Shown: in pieces, positions 43,520 through 53,564 of the stretch | Layout: each line of letters starts with the position of its first letter | Numbering within the stretch: the stretch's first letter is position 1 | From: a cyanobacterium endosymbiont of Rhopalodia gibba | GTDB lineage: Bacteria > Cyanobacteriota > Cyanobacteriia > Cyanobacteriales > Microcystaceae | Direction: 5' to 3' | DNA length: 64,000 nt | Assembly (NCBI GenBank): GCA_045159875.1 | Contig: CP067995.1 | Span: 256,001-320,000 of the forward strand | Program-made: the position numbers and the translations under genes | The notes under the pieces: generated by a model | What the model was told of the DNA's origin: nothing | What the model saw: the letters and a program-made list of their open reading frames with translations, nothing else | The model's database searches: none

Positions 43520-44254
43520 ATGACTGCTAACAGCCAATTTATCTCTGTCAAAGCCTTACAAGCTTTGATGAGACGAGGTTTAACTCCCTCGTTGTCCCAA
43601 AGAAGATATCAAAGGTCATGGTCACAGACTTTATTAGATGGAGATGTTGCCAAGCGAGTCTTTGATATTAGTTTTTCTCTCTTTGTTTTGATTTTCTTTT
43701 CTCCGCTCTATTTGATTTTAGGGTTATTAATCGCCGTCAGTTCTCCTGGCCCTATTTTTTATATCCAGGAGAGGGCTGGTAAAAATTTTAAGAAGTTCGG
43801 TTGTATTAAGTTCCGAACTATGGTTCATAATGCTGATGAGGTTCTAGAGTCGATGATGGCCAACTCCCCTCAGATGCGGGCTGAGTTTGAAAATAACTTT
43901 AAACTTAGAGACGATCCGCGAATTACTTGGATTGGGAAATTTTTGCGTCTAACTAGTTTAGATGAATTTCCTCAATTCTGGAATGTTCTTAAAGGGAATA
44001 TGAGTGTCGTCGGCCCGCGACCTCTAGTTCCTGAAGAACTCTGTAAATACGGGAATCGTATTGATAAGGTTCTCACAATTCGTCCTGGAATTACGGGTTT
44101 ATGGCAAGTTTCAGGGCGCAACGATATTCCTTATCCCCAACGGGTTCAAATTGATATTTATTATGTAAACTACCGCAATTGGTTAATGGATCTTTGGGTG
44201 ATGGTTAAAACCATTGAGGTTGTCGTTTTCCCTAGAAATAACGGAGCTTACTAA
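43520..44254 (+). CDS. Polyprenyl-phosphate sugar phosphotransferase (bacterial sugar transferase, WcaJ/CpsE C-terminal domain)
   Basis: KRVFDI, KFRTM, DDPRIT, SLDEFPQFWNVLKG.MSVVGPRP, PGITGLWQVSGRN; SD aaggag upstream. Confidence 0.93.
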   Translation: MTANSQFISVKALQALMRRGLTPSLSQRRYQRSWSQTLLDGDVAKRVFDISFSLFVLIFFSPLYLILGLLIAVSSPGPIFYIQERAGKNFKKFGCIKFRTMVHNADEVLESMMANSPQMRAEFENNFKLRDDPRITWIGKFLRLTSLDEFPQFWNVLKGNMSVVGPRPLVPEELCKYGNRIDKVLTIRPGITGLWQVSGRNDIPYPQRVQIDIYYVNYRNWLMDLWVMVKTIEVVVFPRNNGAY

Positions 44255-44310
44255 ATTAATTGGGTTATTATTCAATAATAATAACCCAATTAAGGATTTC
44301 ATTAGATCGG

Positions 44311-44348
44311 AAACTCCCTTTAACCATCCAGGTTAAGGGGAGTTTTTT
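44311..44348 (+). terminator. Intrinsic terminator after the GT4/sugar-transferase pair
   Basis: aaactccctttaacc-atcca-ggttaaggggagttt stem (one G-U) running into a T tract; preceded by a perfect 17-bp hairpin at 44256-44293. Confidence 0.7.
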
Positions 44349-44408
44349 CAAAAAAAAATAGAAAAAAAGTTATAATTTAAATAAATTTTAAGTCTTCTAT
44401 TATCTATC

Positions 44409-45050
44409 TCAATTACCGATTATGTCTGATAAGATTTTTTGTTTAGGGTAAATTTTCTATCCTGGGGACGCACCGGCGAATATGGCTTGTCCTTTTTATT
44501 TGGTTGTGAGAACATTAGGAGCAACCTATCTATCTAGCTAAAAAACTATATATAAAACATTAATATTGGCTAAAATTTGACAAATTAAAATACTGTTGAT
44601 ATCAACTGGTAACCCATTTTTGATCTCAATTTAGAGAGGGCAATGTTTCTGATTAAAGACCTATTACAGTAAGCCGATTGATTTGATTAAAAGTTCAGAT
44701 GAAGACATTTAATAGCTATTTAGCACAGATAATTCCAAGTAAATTGCTCGACAATTGCCTCAAGTTTCAGGAATATCAGTCACAGCAGGAAGAAAAAACT
44801 GTAAATATTGTTTGAGAGAGGCTCGTAAACGAACTAGATGCTTTTGGAGTGAATGTAAACGAGAGCAGGGGATAGTTTTGTTGCTGGGTTTATTCGTCGA
44901 TATTGTTTAATATAGGCGATCGCCTATATTAACAATATCGGTCCACTAATCACCACTTAAGCTGGAGCGAGCAACAAGTTGCTGAGACAGTTGAGTTTCT
45001 AAGGCTTTACAGAGCAGATTATGTTTTAATTGTATCGTAGACTTACGTAC
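44409..45050 (-). pseudogene. Conserved-hypothetical gene divergent from coaD, inactivated by nonsense changes only
   Basis: One 214-codon frame: (V)RKSTIQLKHNLL...LRASLKQYLQFFLPAVTDIPET*G...KGQAIFAGASPG*KIYPKQKILSDIIGN*. About ten internal stops, no apparent frameshift, and the start codon reads GTA. Confidence 0.65.
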
Positions 45051-45110
45051 CTTAATCAAGAGAAGTTTTAGGCAGAAAAATGACCTAATTTTTCTTATCA
45101 ACTAAATCTC

Positions 45111-45596
45111 GTGATTGCAATTTATCCTGGCAGCTTTGATCCTATTACCCTCGGTCATCTTGACATTATTGAACGGGGTGGAAAGTTGTTTGAGCAAATT
45201 ATTGTTGCTGTGTTATGCAACCCTAATAAACATTCGTTATTTTCTGTCGAAAAGCGCGTTGGACAAATTCGTGAATGCACCCAACATTTAATTAATGTTA
45301 AAGTTGATAGTTTTACTGGACTCACAGTAGACTATGCTAGATTACGTAGCGCTGGGGTTTTATTAAGAGGGTTAAGAGTTTTATCAGATTTTGAGAAAGA
45401 ACTCCAGATGGCCCACACCAATAAAACACTTTCTGAAGAAATAGAAACCGTCTTCTTAGCGACAACCACTGAATATAGTTTCTTAAGCAGTAGTAATGTT
45501 AAAGAAATTGCACAATTTGGCGGATCTATCTCCCATTTAGTTCCTGAAAATGTAGCTAGAGATATTTATCGGTACTATCGTGAAAGTCAATCATAA
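45111..45596 (+). CDS. coaD: Pantetheine-phosphate adenylyltransferase
   Basis: [34 protein letters not shown]. Confidence 0.96.
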   Translation: MIAIYPGSFDPITLGHLDIIERGGKLFEQIIVAVLCNPNKHSLFSVEKRVGQIRECTQHLINVKVDSFTGLTVDYARLRSAGVLLRGLRVLSDFEKELQMAHTNKTLSEEIETVFLATTTEYSFLSSSNVKEIAQFGGSISHLVPENVARDIYRYYRESQS

Positions 45597-45631
45597 TTTA
45601 TACTTTTTGAGAGTCTATTAACTTAATCTCT

Positions 45632-46330
45632 ATGCTACGCCGAAATCCATCATCCAGTAATGAAACGGTCAACCATCAAAATAAGGCTATGACCAATCGC
45701 CGAGAAGTTGATTTTGATATTCAACGAGAACTTGCTCGTCTTCAGGAAATGATTTATGAAAGTTTTCATATTCCTTTAACACGATGGACAATGATTGATG
45801 AAGCAAAATTAATTGATCAACTCGATCTCATTGGAGATAAACTTCCTGAGTCAATTCGCCAAGCTTTAATGGTTCTCGATCAAGAAGAGCAACTTTTAAC
45901 AGAAGCGGAAGCTTATGTACAACAAGTTATTCAATCAGCTAAGCAACAAGCAGCGCAAATCTTGGATGAGACACGAATCATCCAACAGGCGCAACAAGAG
46001 GCTAATCAACTACGGCAACAGGTTCAGCAAGACTGCGAAACAATACAGAAACAAACTGTGGCAGAAATGGAACAGTTACGCCAATTAACAACGGCGGAAA
46101 TGCAAAAATTGCGTCAGCAAAGTTTTGCAGAATCTCAAAAACTTCAAGAGGATGCCGATAATTATACTGATAGGGTGCTGACACAGCTAGAACAAGAACT
46201 TAATAGTATGCTTAATGTTATTCGTAATGGTCGCCAACAACTACATACAAATTCATCAACACGCTCTTCATCTTATTCACCTAAAAATCCTTCACTGAAT
46301 AGAAATCCAACTTCTGGAAAACAGAGATAA
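45632..46330 (+). CDS. cdv3: DivIVA-like coiled-coil cell-division protein (cyanobacterial Cdv3 type)
   Basis: Immediately after coaD; HIPLTRWTMIDE, long Q/E-rich coiled coil, IRNGRQQL. Confidence 0.78.
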   Translation: MLRRNPSSSNETVNHQNKAMTNRREVDFDIQRELARLQEMIYESFHIPLTRWTMIDEAKLIDQLDLIGDKLPESIRQALMVLDQEEQLLTEAEAYVQQVIQSAKQQAAQILDETRIIQQAQQEANQLRQQVQQDCETIQKQTVAEMEQLRQLTTAEMQKLRQQSFAESQKLQEDADNYTDRVLTQLEQELNSMLNVIRNGRQQLHTNSSTRSSSYSPKNPSLNRNPTSGKQR

Positions 46331-46389
46331 CACGACAAATTTACTCTTACTCTTACTTTGTAGAAATCATTATCTATCTTCATTTAATC

Positions 46390-46965
46390 AGTTAATTTGG
46401 GGGTAGAAGTGTAAAGAATTTATCAAGACTTAGTCCAGCGCAATAATTACAGAAATTAATTAAAGAAAGATCGCCAAGAAAAAACACCAGACTACTCATC
46501 TATTCGTTGTTCATAGGAATTAGGAGGGGCGTTTGAAGAAGTGAGCGAGTGCTTAACTCAACTAGAATATTTAAGTATTGAAGTCATTACGACAGAATAA
46601 AGTTATGCATCCTCTTAACTAAAGACTAAAGACTGTATTAGGATCTGGGATAATTTGGTAAAACCTTTTTAGAAAATTAATCAAAATTAAAATCGTCGTT
46701 AACTCCAAAAAGAAACCGCAAAGAACCGAATTAATGCTTTACATCCTCTAGGAAGAACTTTTTATGAATGTTACCGAAAAAAATCTTTAAATTTTTGATA
46801 AAAGCAAGACACCAGTAATTAAAGTTTTTTTTGATGACTTTCTATTGTTGTATTCGTCATATTATTTAGTGCGTCAAGAGGAATAGTTTGATATCTTAGA
46901 AAAGAGGTACAGAAAAAATATCTGTATCAACCTGTCATAATTAACCAACTTATCCGATTTGTAGA
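46390..46965 (+). pseudogene. Cyanobacterial serine-recombinase-family gene, decayed and 3'-truncated
   Basis: RIYQDL, PDYSSIRCS*ELG, KNRINALHPLGRTFY, DKSKTPVIKVFFDDFLL, EKRY and ISVSTCHN match the remembered family pattern RVYQDLG, PDYLLIRRLEELG, RNRIKALPPPGKAPYGY, DRSTAPVVKDFFEHFLL, LEKRYGKKISVSTG. Confidence 0.72.
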
Positions 46966-47708
46966 TTGAATTTAATTTATGAAAAAAAGGTTATTCTTAG
47001 TATCTATCTAATAAAAATTAGACGTTAATAAGCTGTTTAAATAGACATTTTATTTTAGTTAAATAAATAGTTATCACGACAAATAGCTAGTGCACCTTGT
47101 TTTTTGGCTGGATTAGTTAAATGTAAAAAGTGTCAATCTTTAATGAAGATTACTCAAGTAAAAATTTTACAAAAAAAAGAATATCTTTATTTTTATTCTT
47201 AAATAATATTCCAAGAAACTTAAATTTAAAGGGGTACTTATAAAATTTTTTAGCTAAAAAAATTAAACATACTTGTTGCTATCTACAGTTTTTTAGTCAA
47301 CCTTTTTTAAGGTTGATGATTTTAGATAAAATCTATAGAATAGTAGATAAGAATATTAAATAATTATTAACTAGGATTAAAACAGTAATTTTCAATGTAA
47401 AAATAACACAATTAAGGCAGTTTTTTATATAAAGAAGTCGCTAAAATAAGATCTAAAATCTCACTATTTATAAATAAATAGTTTAGTCCTAGTATAATTC
47501 AGAAAAAATATAACGAAAATTTTGTTTTTGATAATTTATCCAATAGGTAAAAATTAGTACCCTTTTTTAAAGAAAGGGTACTAATAATCAAGGTTTATTT
47601 TTTAGAGAGTTTATTTTTTAAATAGCATTAACACCAATTTTTTTGTCTTTTATCTTAAATTTTTCAAGAAGGTTATCAACTAGTTCTAAATTTCTGACTA
47701 CTCACTGT

Positions 47709-48129
47709 TTAAGTAGCTTCAAAATTCAAGAATAGGACCTTTCCACCATAAACTAGTTGGAGATCTTGATTAAGATATTTTAGGAGTATTCATGGGCGGT
47801 TTACAGAAGCAAACAAAAGACAATTTAATAAACTTAAGTCATTAAAATTTTTAATAATCTTTTCGAGATTATGATTAACTACTAAGATAGTTTCTTCGGT
47901 TGTAACTAATTCTCAAAACATACTAAATAAACTATTCTATGATTAACTGAAATAAATTCTGATATCGCTTTTTTCCGGAAACTTTTTACGCTCTATCGGA
48001 TCTAATCACTCCCGTTAACTTTCCTTGTTTAACTTCGACCTTGAGTGTAATACCTAGTAGTGCCTCCCTCCACTGTCGGGTCGGATAAAATCCCCCTCAA
48101 TTGCTAACTGTGATTTAGTGATTCTTCAT
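47709..48129 (-). pseudogene. Mn/Zn ABC transporter ATP-binding subunit with a large internal deletion
   Basis: ITVSN*G...EALLGITLKVEVKQGKLTGVIRSDRA*K (decayed Walker A region) joins almost directly to FSMF*ELVTTEETILVVNHNL...NFNDLSLLN...LQLVYGGKVLFLNFEAT*. Confidence 0.75.
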
Positions 48130-48399
48130 TGGTTTTATCTTTAACTTTCATACAATAAATTCTTTCTTGGATAACTTAAAAATGAGACAATCATCAAAAT
48201 CTCTTCTTAAAGAGATTTTCGAAATGATAAATTATTGACAAAGGTTATTGACTTAGAGAACTATTTTAAGATCGGAAATTAATGACTGTTAGCCACCTTA
48301 TTTTTAAAAACCCGTAGATAATAACTAATGACTCAAAAGTGCTATTTACCAGTTTATTTCTCAAAAATTTAGGTTTAATGATGAGGAAATTTTGAACTG

Positions 48400-48870
48400 G
48401 AAGCTGAGTTTAACATTTATGAACTTGTTCCTATAAATAGCGTAGCCTTAAAAGAAGTAGCTTTAATTTTATCTTATGGTTGTAATGTCCGACTTTGATT
48501 AATGAAATTGATTAAAGTTGTAAAAATTCTAGAAATTAAAGATAAATAAGTAGCTGTTGGGGAGGTAATTACTACCTTAGATTTTAAGTATTAAGGATAG
48601 ATAGCAAATGAGTAACAGAGAAATAAGAAAGAATATTGTTAATCAATCTTCCTTGTATTTTCATGAAGTATAAGAATCCTATAACTTTGTTAGTTAATTC
48701 AAAGTAAAGATTTTTAGTCGGTCTCTTGTCTATATATTTAATCGTGAATAATTAAGCAGAGTAAATAATTTGCCTGAAAAATTAAATCTGATTCTTCTGA
48801 ATTTGTCATGATGAATCCAGTAGCTGAGAACTTCCAAAACTCTTATTTTGACCGTATTCTGTCACTCTAA
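48400..48870 (+). pseudogene. Mn/Zn ABC substrate-binding protein (cluster A-I), 5' half remnant, divergent from the dead ATPase
   Basis: IYELVPINSVALKEVALILSYGCNVRL*LMKLI...VAVGEVITTLDFKY*G matches HVYEPVP.D.VALE.ADLILYNGYNLEPGLIKLI...VAVGEVVKPLDF.Y.G. Confidence 0.7.
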
Positions 48871-48974
48871 AAATTTGACTTTTATAAGAATTAAGTTTTT
48901 AGAATCTTAGGAAGATTGTAAGGTAAGATTTTTAGCTTGTGTTTATTATGATTTGGTCACAGCTGGTCTGAAAG

Positions 48975-49284
48975 AGTCATCATTGTTTCTAGGTGCAACT
49001 TATCTCCTCGCTTTGGCTAGATTAGCTCCTCCTACTATTTAAGTTAGCTCTCACTATACTTCATCTAACTAATCAACATTCGTTAAACAAATATCTCCGC
49101 TAACCTAGGATGCCGTACAAGGATAGCTTTATTTTGCCGCAACCCTGCCTTAATCTCGCAATTGTTGTTGTTTTAGGTCACACCTATTGTGGGAGCAATG
49201 TTAGTAGGATGGCTATACAAAAATTTTTTGAACCTAGAGGTAACCGTAACTGAACCCGCAGAAGTTCCTCAAACTAATGCTTAA
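48975..49284 (+). pseudogene. aqpZ: Aquaporin Z, 3' half remnant
   Basis: LGATYLLALARLAPPTI*, LTILHL, TNISANLGCRTRIALFCRNPALISQLLLF*VTPIVGAMLVGWLYKNFL match AqpZ LGATD..AP.GLAPIAIG.ALTLIHL..IPVTNTSVNPARSTGVALF.G....QLWLFWVAPIVGA. The second NPA motif is destroyed. Confidence 0.82.
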
Positions 49285-49410
49285 TCAATTAGCAATTGTC
49301 TCTAAATTTTTTCTGATGTGCATAAATACTGATCAAATTTTGCTTTAACAGAGTTCCTTGACCGCAACTTTCAGGCATAATGAAAAAGCAACTGAGGTTA
49401 GCGACTCAAA

Positions 49411-51057
49411 ATGCCTATGCCTTTTTCCCCCAGTCGTCCATATAAAAGTAAACTTTTCAATTTTGTGAATCGTCAGTCCTTAGAATTACGTGATCGTTTA
49501 GTCCATATTGTCCGACGTCTAAGGGTTACGGCTGAGTGGGGAACACAAATTCTTGTTTATCCATTCTACTTGTTTGTGCAAGCAGGCCGAACAGTTCGAC
49601 GGCAATTGGGACAGACTGTTGAACGAATTTCTTTATCTTCTGGGGAAATTTCTTCTTTTCCCTTGAATAGTGATCGTCCCCTAAATAAAGTTTTACAAAA
49701 AATTGAACCTTGGTTAGCCTCTTCTGAATTCCTATTGCTGGAAGAAGTTACACAGACACAAACTGACAGTGGTAATTTGACTCAGAAGTTCACGATTCAA
49801 GGAATTGCTAGTGTTTTAGATAGCTGTTATCTAGTGTTAGTCAAGTCAAACAATCAGACTGTTGATCTTCTTTCCCCCAGTCAACAAAAAATTATTCAAA
49901 AGCTTATTCAGGTAGAAACTGCTAACTATTGGTATAATCGTCGCTTCAAACTAACTCAATCTCGCAAAACTCCTGGTTTAATCTCTAGCTTTTCCACTAA
50001 CCCCCAAAATGTCTTACCTCCAATACGCTGGTTTTGGCAGGGAATGCGATGGATGCAAACAAGTCCAATAGCAACAAGACTTAATCTATTTGGGGAATCT
50101 TTTATAAGAGTTAGAGTTGAGCATCGGACAGTCAGCAGTGCAGTGAACCAATCATCTCATTTGAATCTTAAATACTTGAAAAACGTTACTCAAAAAGCAA
50201 CAGACTACTTTTATGGAAATTCTCAATTAAAACAATTATTCTCTGAAACTAATCAATCAATTAATGTCTCTTCAAGAAGTAGGTCAAAAAGATTGTCTTC
50301 TCTACAAAATAGATCTGAATTATTTCAACATAAAACCATTAATTCTAATGTAAAACCAGTTAAAAAAATTGGAAAAAAGCTACAGCAATGGATAAACTTG
50401 TCTTTAAGAGAAGAGATAAACAACCCTTTTCAAATTAGGAAACTAATTTTTGCGGCAATTGATTACCTTGTCCGCAAAAAAAATTTTAATTTTCAATTAA
50501 AACAAAAACAGTCTATTGAAATTATTAAATCTAATTTTTTATCGTCTAACCTTGGTTTACATCAATCTAAATTGACTAATGAAAAGATCGATGATCTCTG
50601 GTTATCTTGGGATGATCTTTATTCAGGGGAAAAAACTTCTAACTCATTCAAAAAGTTAACTGATTCACCTATGGACTTACCCCAAGCTTCCAAAGAAGAA
50701 ACTAACTTGGCTAAATTTTTCAAGAAAGACCTAAAAATACATTTTAGACGCCAGAGTAAACAAAAAACAAGAAAAAAAAATAAGAAGTTTAAACCTGTTG
50801 CTATATCTGTCTCTAATGTTAAAATAAGACAAAATTTTTCTGGTAGAATTTCGTCTACTCATCCCGCTTTAAAAAAACCAAAACCTCAAGATAATCTTAG
50901 AGAAATACTACCAAATTGGATTGAAACCGAAGCTAAGTCTACGGGGTATGTTAAACATCCCTTAGAGAATATATTAGGATGGCTTGATATGATTATTTCC
51001 TGGATAGAAAGATTAGGAAGTAAACTATGGGAAGCATTACGAAAGTTAACTAAATAG
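49411..51057 (+). CDS. Conserved cyanobacterial hypothetical protein with a low-complexity basic middle
   Basis: 548-aa intact ORF; conserved-looking termini (PYKSKLFNFVNRQSL; WIETEAKSTGYVKHPLE.ILGWLD) around a K/N/S-rich centre. Confidence 0.7.
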   Translation: MPMPFSPSRPYKSKLFNFVNRQSLELRDRLVHIVRRLRVTAEWGTQILVYPFYLFVQAGRTVRRQLGQTVERISLSSGEISSFPLNSDRPLNKVLQKIEPWLASSEFLLLEEVTQTQTDSGNLTQKFTIQGIASVLDSCYLVLVKSNNQTVDLLSPSQQKIIQKLIQVETANYWYNRRFKLTQSRKTPGLISSFSTNPQNVLPPIRWFWQGMRWMQTSPIATRLNLFGESFIRVRVEHRTVSSAVNQSSHLNLKYLKNVTQKATDYFYGNSQLKQLFSETNQSINVSSRSRSKRLSSLQNRSELFQHKTINSNVKPVKKIGKKLQQWINLSLREEINNPFQIRKLIFAAIDYLVRKKNFNFQLKQKQSIEIIKSNFLSSNLGLHQSKLTNEKIDDLWLSWDDLYSGEKTSNSFKKLTDSPMDLPQASKEETNLAKFFKKDLKIHFRRQSKQKTRKKNKKFKPVAISVSNVKIRQNFSGRISSTHPALKKPKPQDNLREILPNWIETEAKSTGYVKHPLENILGWLDMIISWIERLGSKLWEALRKLTK

Positions 51058-51419
51058 TGTTAGCGTTTCCTATATTGTTCTGTTATTTCAGAACAATATA
51101 GAGGATGTTATCACACTTCACTTTACCTTCGATAAGGTTAGAGTAAAATTTAACTAAGAGTTAGTTATAAACATATTTATTGACAGTTAGGAGTATATTT
51201 ATGAGCTAATTGTGTTCAGCTTGTCTTAGAAAGAGTACTATATTACTCCAATCTTAAAAACTCTAAATAGAGTTTAAAAAAAAGGAGATTAGCCCTTACT
51301 ATAAAAAAGGTTACACTCAATACATGACTAAAAAAAAAGATAAGCTTTAGAGGGAAAAAAACGCTACTATACACAAGTGATATGTAAACGATGTATCTTC
51401 TAAAAATTAGTAGACCTAC

Positions 51420-52826
51420 ATGAGTCAAAGAACCCTATTCGACAAGGTTTGGGATGCCCACACCGTTCAAATTTTACCCTCAGGACAAACTCAACTCTTT
51501 ATTGGACTCCATCTAATTCACGAAGTCACCAGTCCCCAGGCATTCGCTATGTTGCGTGAAAGAGGGCTGGAAGTATTGTATCGTGATCGCACTGTCGCTA
51601 CCGTCGATCACATTGTCCCGACAGAAAATCAATCTCGTCCCTTCGCTGACTATTTGGCCGAAGAGATGATTCAAGCGTTAGAAACCAACTCTAAAGAAAA
51701 TGGCATCTCCTTCTATGCTATTGGCTCAGGAAATCAAGGAATTGTTCATGTTGTCGCACCAGAACAAGGGTTAACCCAACCAGGGATGACTATTGCCTGT
51801 GGGGACTCTCATACCTCTACCCACGGAGCTTTTGGGGCAATTGCCTTTGGGGTAGGAACCTCTCAAGTTAGGGATATCTTAGCTTCTCAGGCTCTAGCTC
51901 TGTCTAAGCTAAAAGTCCGCAAAATTGAAGTTAACGGGACTTTAGGCTCTGGAGTATATGCTAAAGATGTGATCCTCCATATTATACGTAAATTGGGAGT
52001 CAAAAGAGGGGTGGGTTACGCCTACGAATACGCCGGAACTACCTTTGAGGTCATGTCCATGGAAGAAAGAATGACAGTGTGTAATATGTCTATTGAAGGG
52101 GGGGCTAGATGTGGCTATGTAAACCCCGACCAGGTGACCTTTGACTACCTTAAAGGAAGAGATTTTGCCCCCACAGGAAACAATTGGAATAGGGCAGTAC
52201 AATGGTGGAAAAGTATCCGATCTGATGAGGATGCAATCTATGATGATGTTGTGGTATTTGACGCGGCGGAGATTGAGCCGACGATTACTTGGGGAATTAC
52301 CCCAGGTCAAGGAATTGGAATTGATGAAAAGATTCCTACCCCTGAAAGTTTACCCGATAGTGAATGTGCGATCGCCCAAGAGGCTTATCAGTATATGCAA
52401 CTTTCCCCAGGAACCCCCATCAAAGGCACTAAGGTGGATGTTTGCTTCATCGGGAGTTGCACTAATGGTCGTATTAGCGACTTAAGAGAAGCGGCTAAAT
52501 TTGCCGAAGGACACCGGGTTTATCCAGGAGTAAAAGCTTTTGTAGTTCCAGGTTCAGAACGGGTGAAACTCCAGGCAGAAGCTGAAGGTCTTGATAAAAT
52601 TTTTGTTGAAGCTGGATTTGAATGGCGCGAGGCTGGATGTTCGATGTGTTTGGCTATGAACCCTGATAAGTTAAAAGGAGATCAAATCAGTGCCTCCTCC
52701 TCTAACCGTAATTTTAAAGGCCGTCAGGGCTCATCTACTGGACGAACCTTGTTAATGAGTCCAGCAATGGTAGTAGCCGCAGCTATTAAGGGAAAAGTAG
52801 CTGATGTCAGGGAATTATTATCCTAA
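51420..52826 (+). CDS. leuC: 3-isopropylmalate dehydratase large subunit
   Basis: [46 protein letters not shown]. Confidence 0.97.
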   Translation: MSQRTLFDKVWDAHTVQILPSGQTQLFIGLHLIHEVTSPQAFAMLRERGLEVLYRDRTVATVDHIVPTENQSRPFADYLAEEMIQALETNSKENGISFYAIGSGNQGIVHVVAPEQGLTQPGMTIACGDSHTSTHGAFGAIAFGVGTSQVRDILASQALALSKLKVRKIEVNGTLGSGVYAKDVILHIIRKLGVKRGVGYAYEYAGTTFEVMSMEERMTVCNMSIEGGARCGYVNPDQVTFDYLKGRDFAPTGNNWNRAVQWWKSIRSDEDAIYDDVVVFDAAEIEPTITWGITPGQGIGIDEKIPTPESLPDSECAIAQEAYQYMQLSPGTPIKGTKVDVCFIGSCTNGRISDLREAAKFAEGHRVYPGVKAFVVPGSERVKLQAEAEGLDKIFVEAGFEWREAGCSMCLAMNPDKLKGDQISASSSNRNFKGRQGSSTGRTLLMSPAMVVAAAIKGKVADVRELLS

Positions 52827-53290
52827 TGGTAGAGTGGCAATACCCACCTTATTCAGATAAACAATGAAACCTATGTATTTTGACTCTGGTAGCAGAAAAT
52901 CATGTGTATTGATCTGTAAAAATTTTCCTTTTGAGAGTGTACTACAAAATCTTATACTTTTTCTTCTCTATAAACGACCATTTGAAAGCATCATCTGAAC
53001 TTTTTTTTGCTAATGGAAAACTGCTACTTATATTAAAATTTCCCCACCTGAGTTAGTTAAACAAAAGCTCTTTCCATATTTAGGACTGTAGTTTCTGTGT
53101 TTAATGAACTAAAAAATATTAATTGCACATTCTTTTCCGCTTATATTTAGCCCAGAAACTTGCTTACTTATTGTAATTGCTTTTTAACTCCCGCAAAGTC
53201 GCTCTAAAGCTTTCTAAACAAACTATTGACCAAACCTATTCTGCGTTAAGTACTATTCACCCTTAGAGTTTTCAGGTTGTGATCGCTAGT
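52823..53290 (-). pseudogene. Decayed conserved-hypothetical gene convergent on leuC
   Basis: One frame of about 150 codons with scattered stops: QNRFGQ*FV*KALERLCG...GGEILI*SSSFPLA...GKFLQINTHDFLLPESKYIG; family not identified. Confidence 0.45.
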
Positions 53291-53436
53291 TATTTTAGTA
53301 ACTGTAGACTACCTACTTAAAAAGCTGAATCGACTTTATTTATGTCTATAAATTTGAACATGGTCACAACGACTAAAAAAGGAAACAAACTTTCACTGTG
53401 ATTTAAGTGTAAAATTGCTTAACAATTATTTTGTGT

Positions 53437-53551
53437 CGTCATAGACAGTACTCAAATGTATGACGCTCCGAGTGGTTTAGTTCCAGCCTTCTGCGCTGGC
53501 TATAAGGGAAACGCCGATTTTCCCTTAAATACCATTTGTAAGACCTAAACC
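53437..53551 (+). promoter_or_regulatory. Candidate structured 5' leader RNA of fusA
   Basis: Three hairpins (cgtcata/tatgacg, ccagc/gctgg, taagggaaa/tttccctta) plus a closing helix, packed into 115 nt that end 14 nt before the ATG. Confidence 0.45.
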
Positions 53552-53564
53552 CTGTAGACCTAGT

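Noticed and set aside
48040..48115. c-di-AMP (ydaO) riboswitch-like string on the minus strand (ggggattttatccgacccgacag...ggaggc)
   Set aside because: The 5' conserved elements are absent, and the same bases translate as the N-terminus of the dead ABC ATPase.
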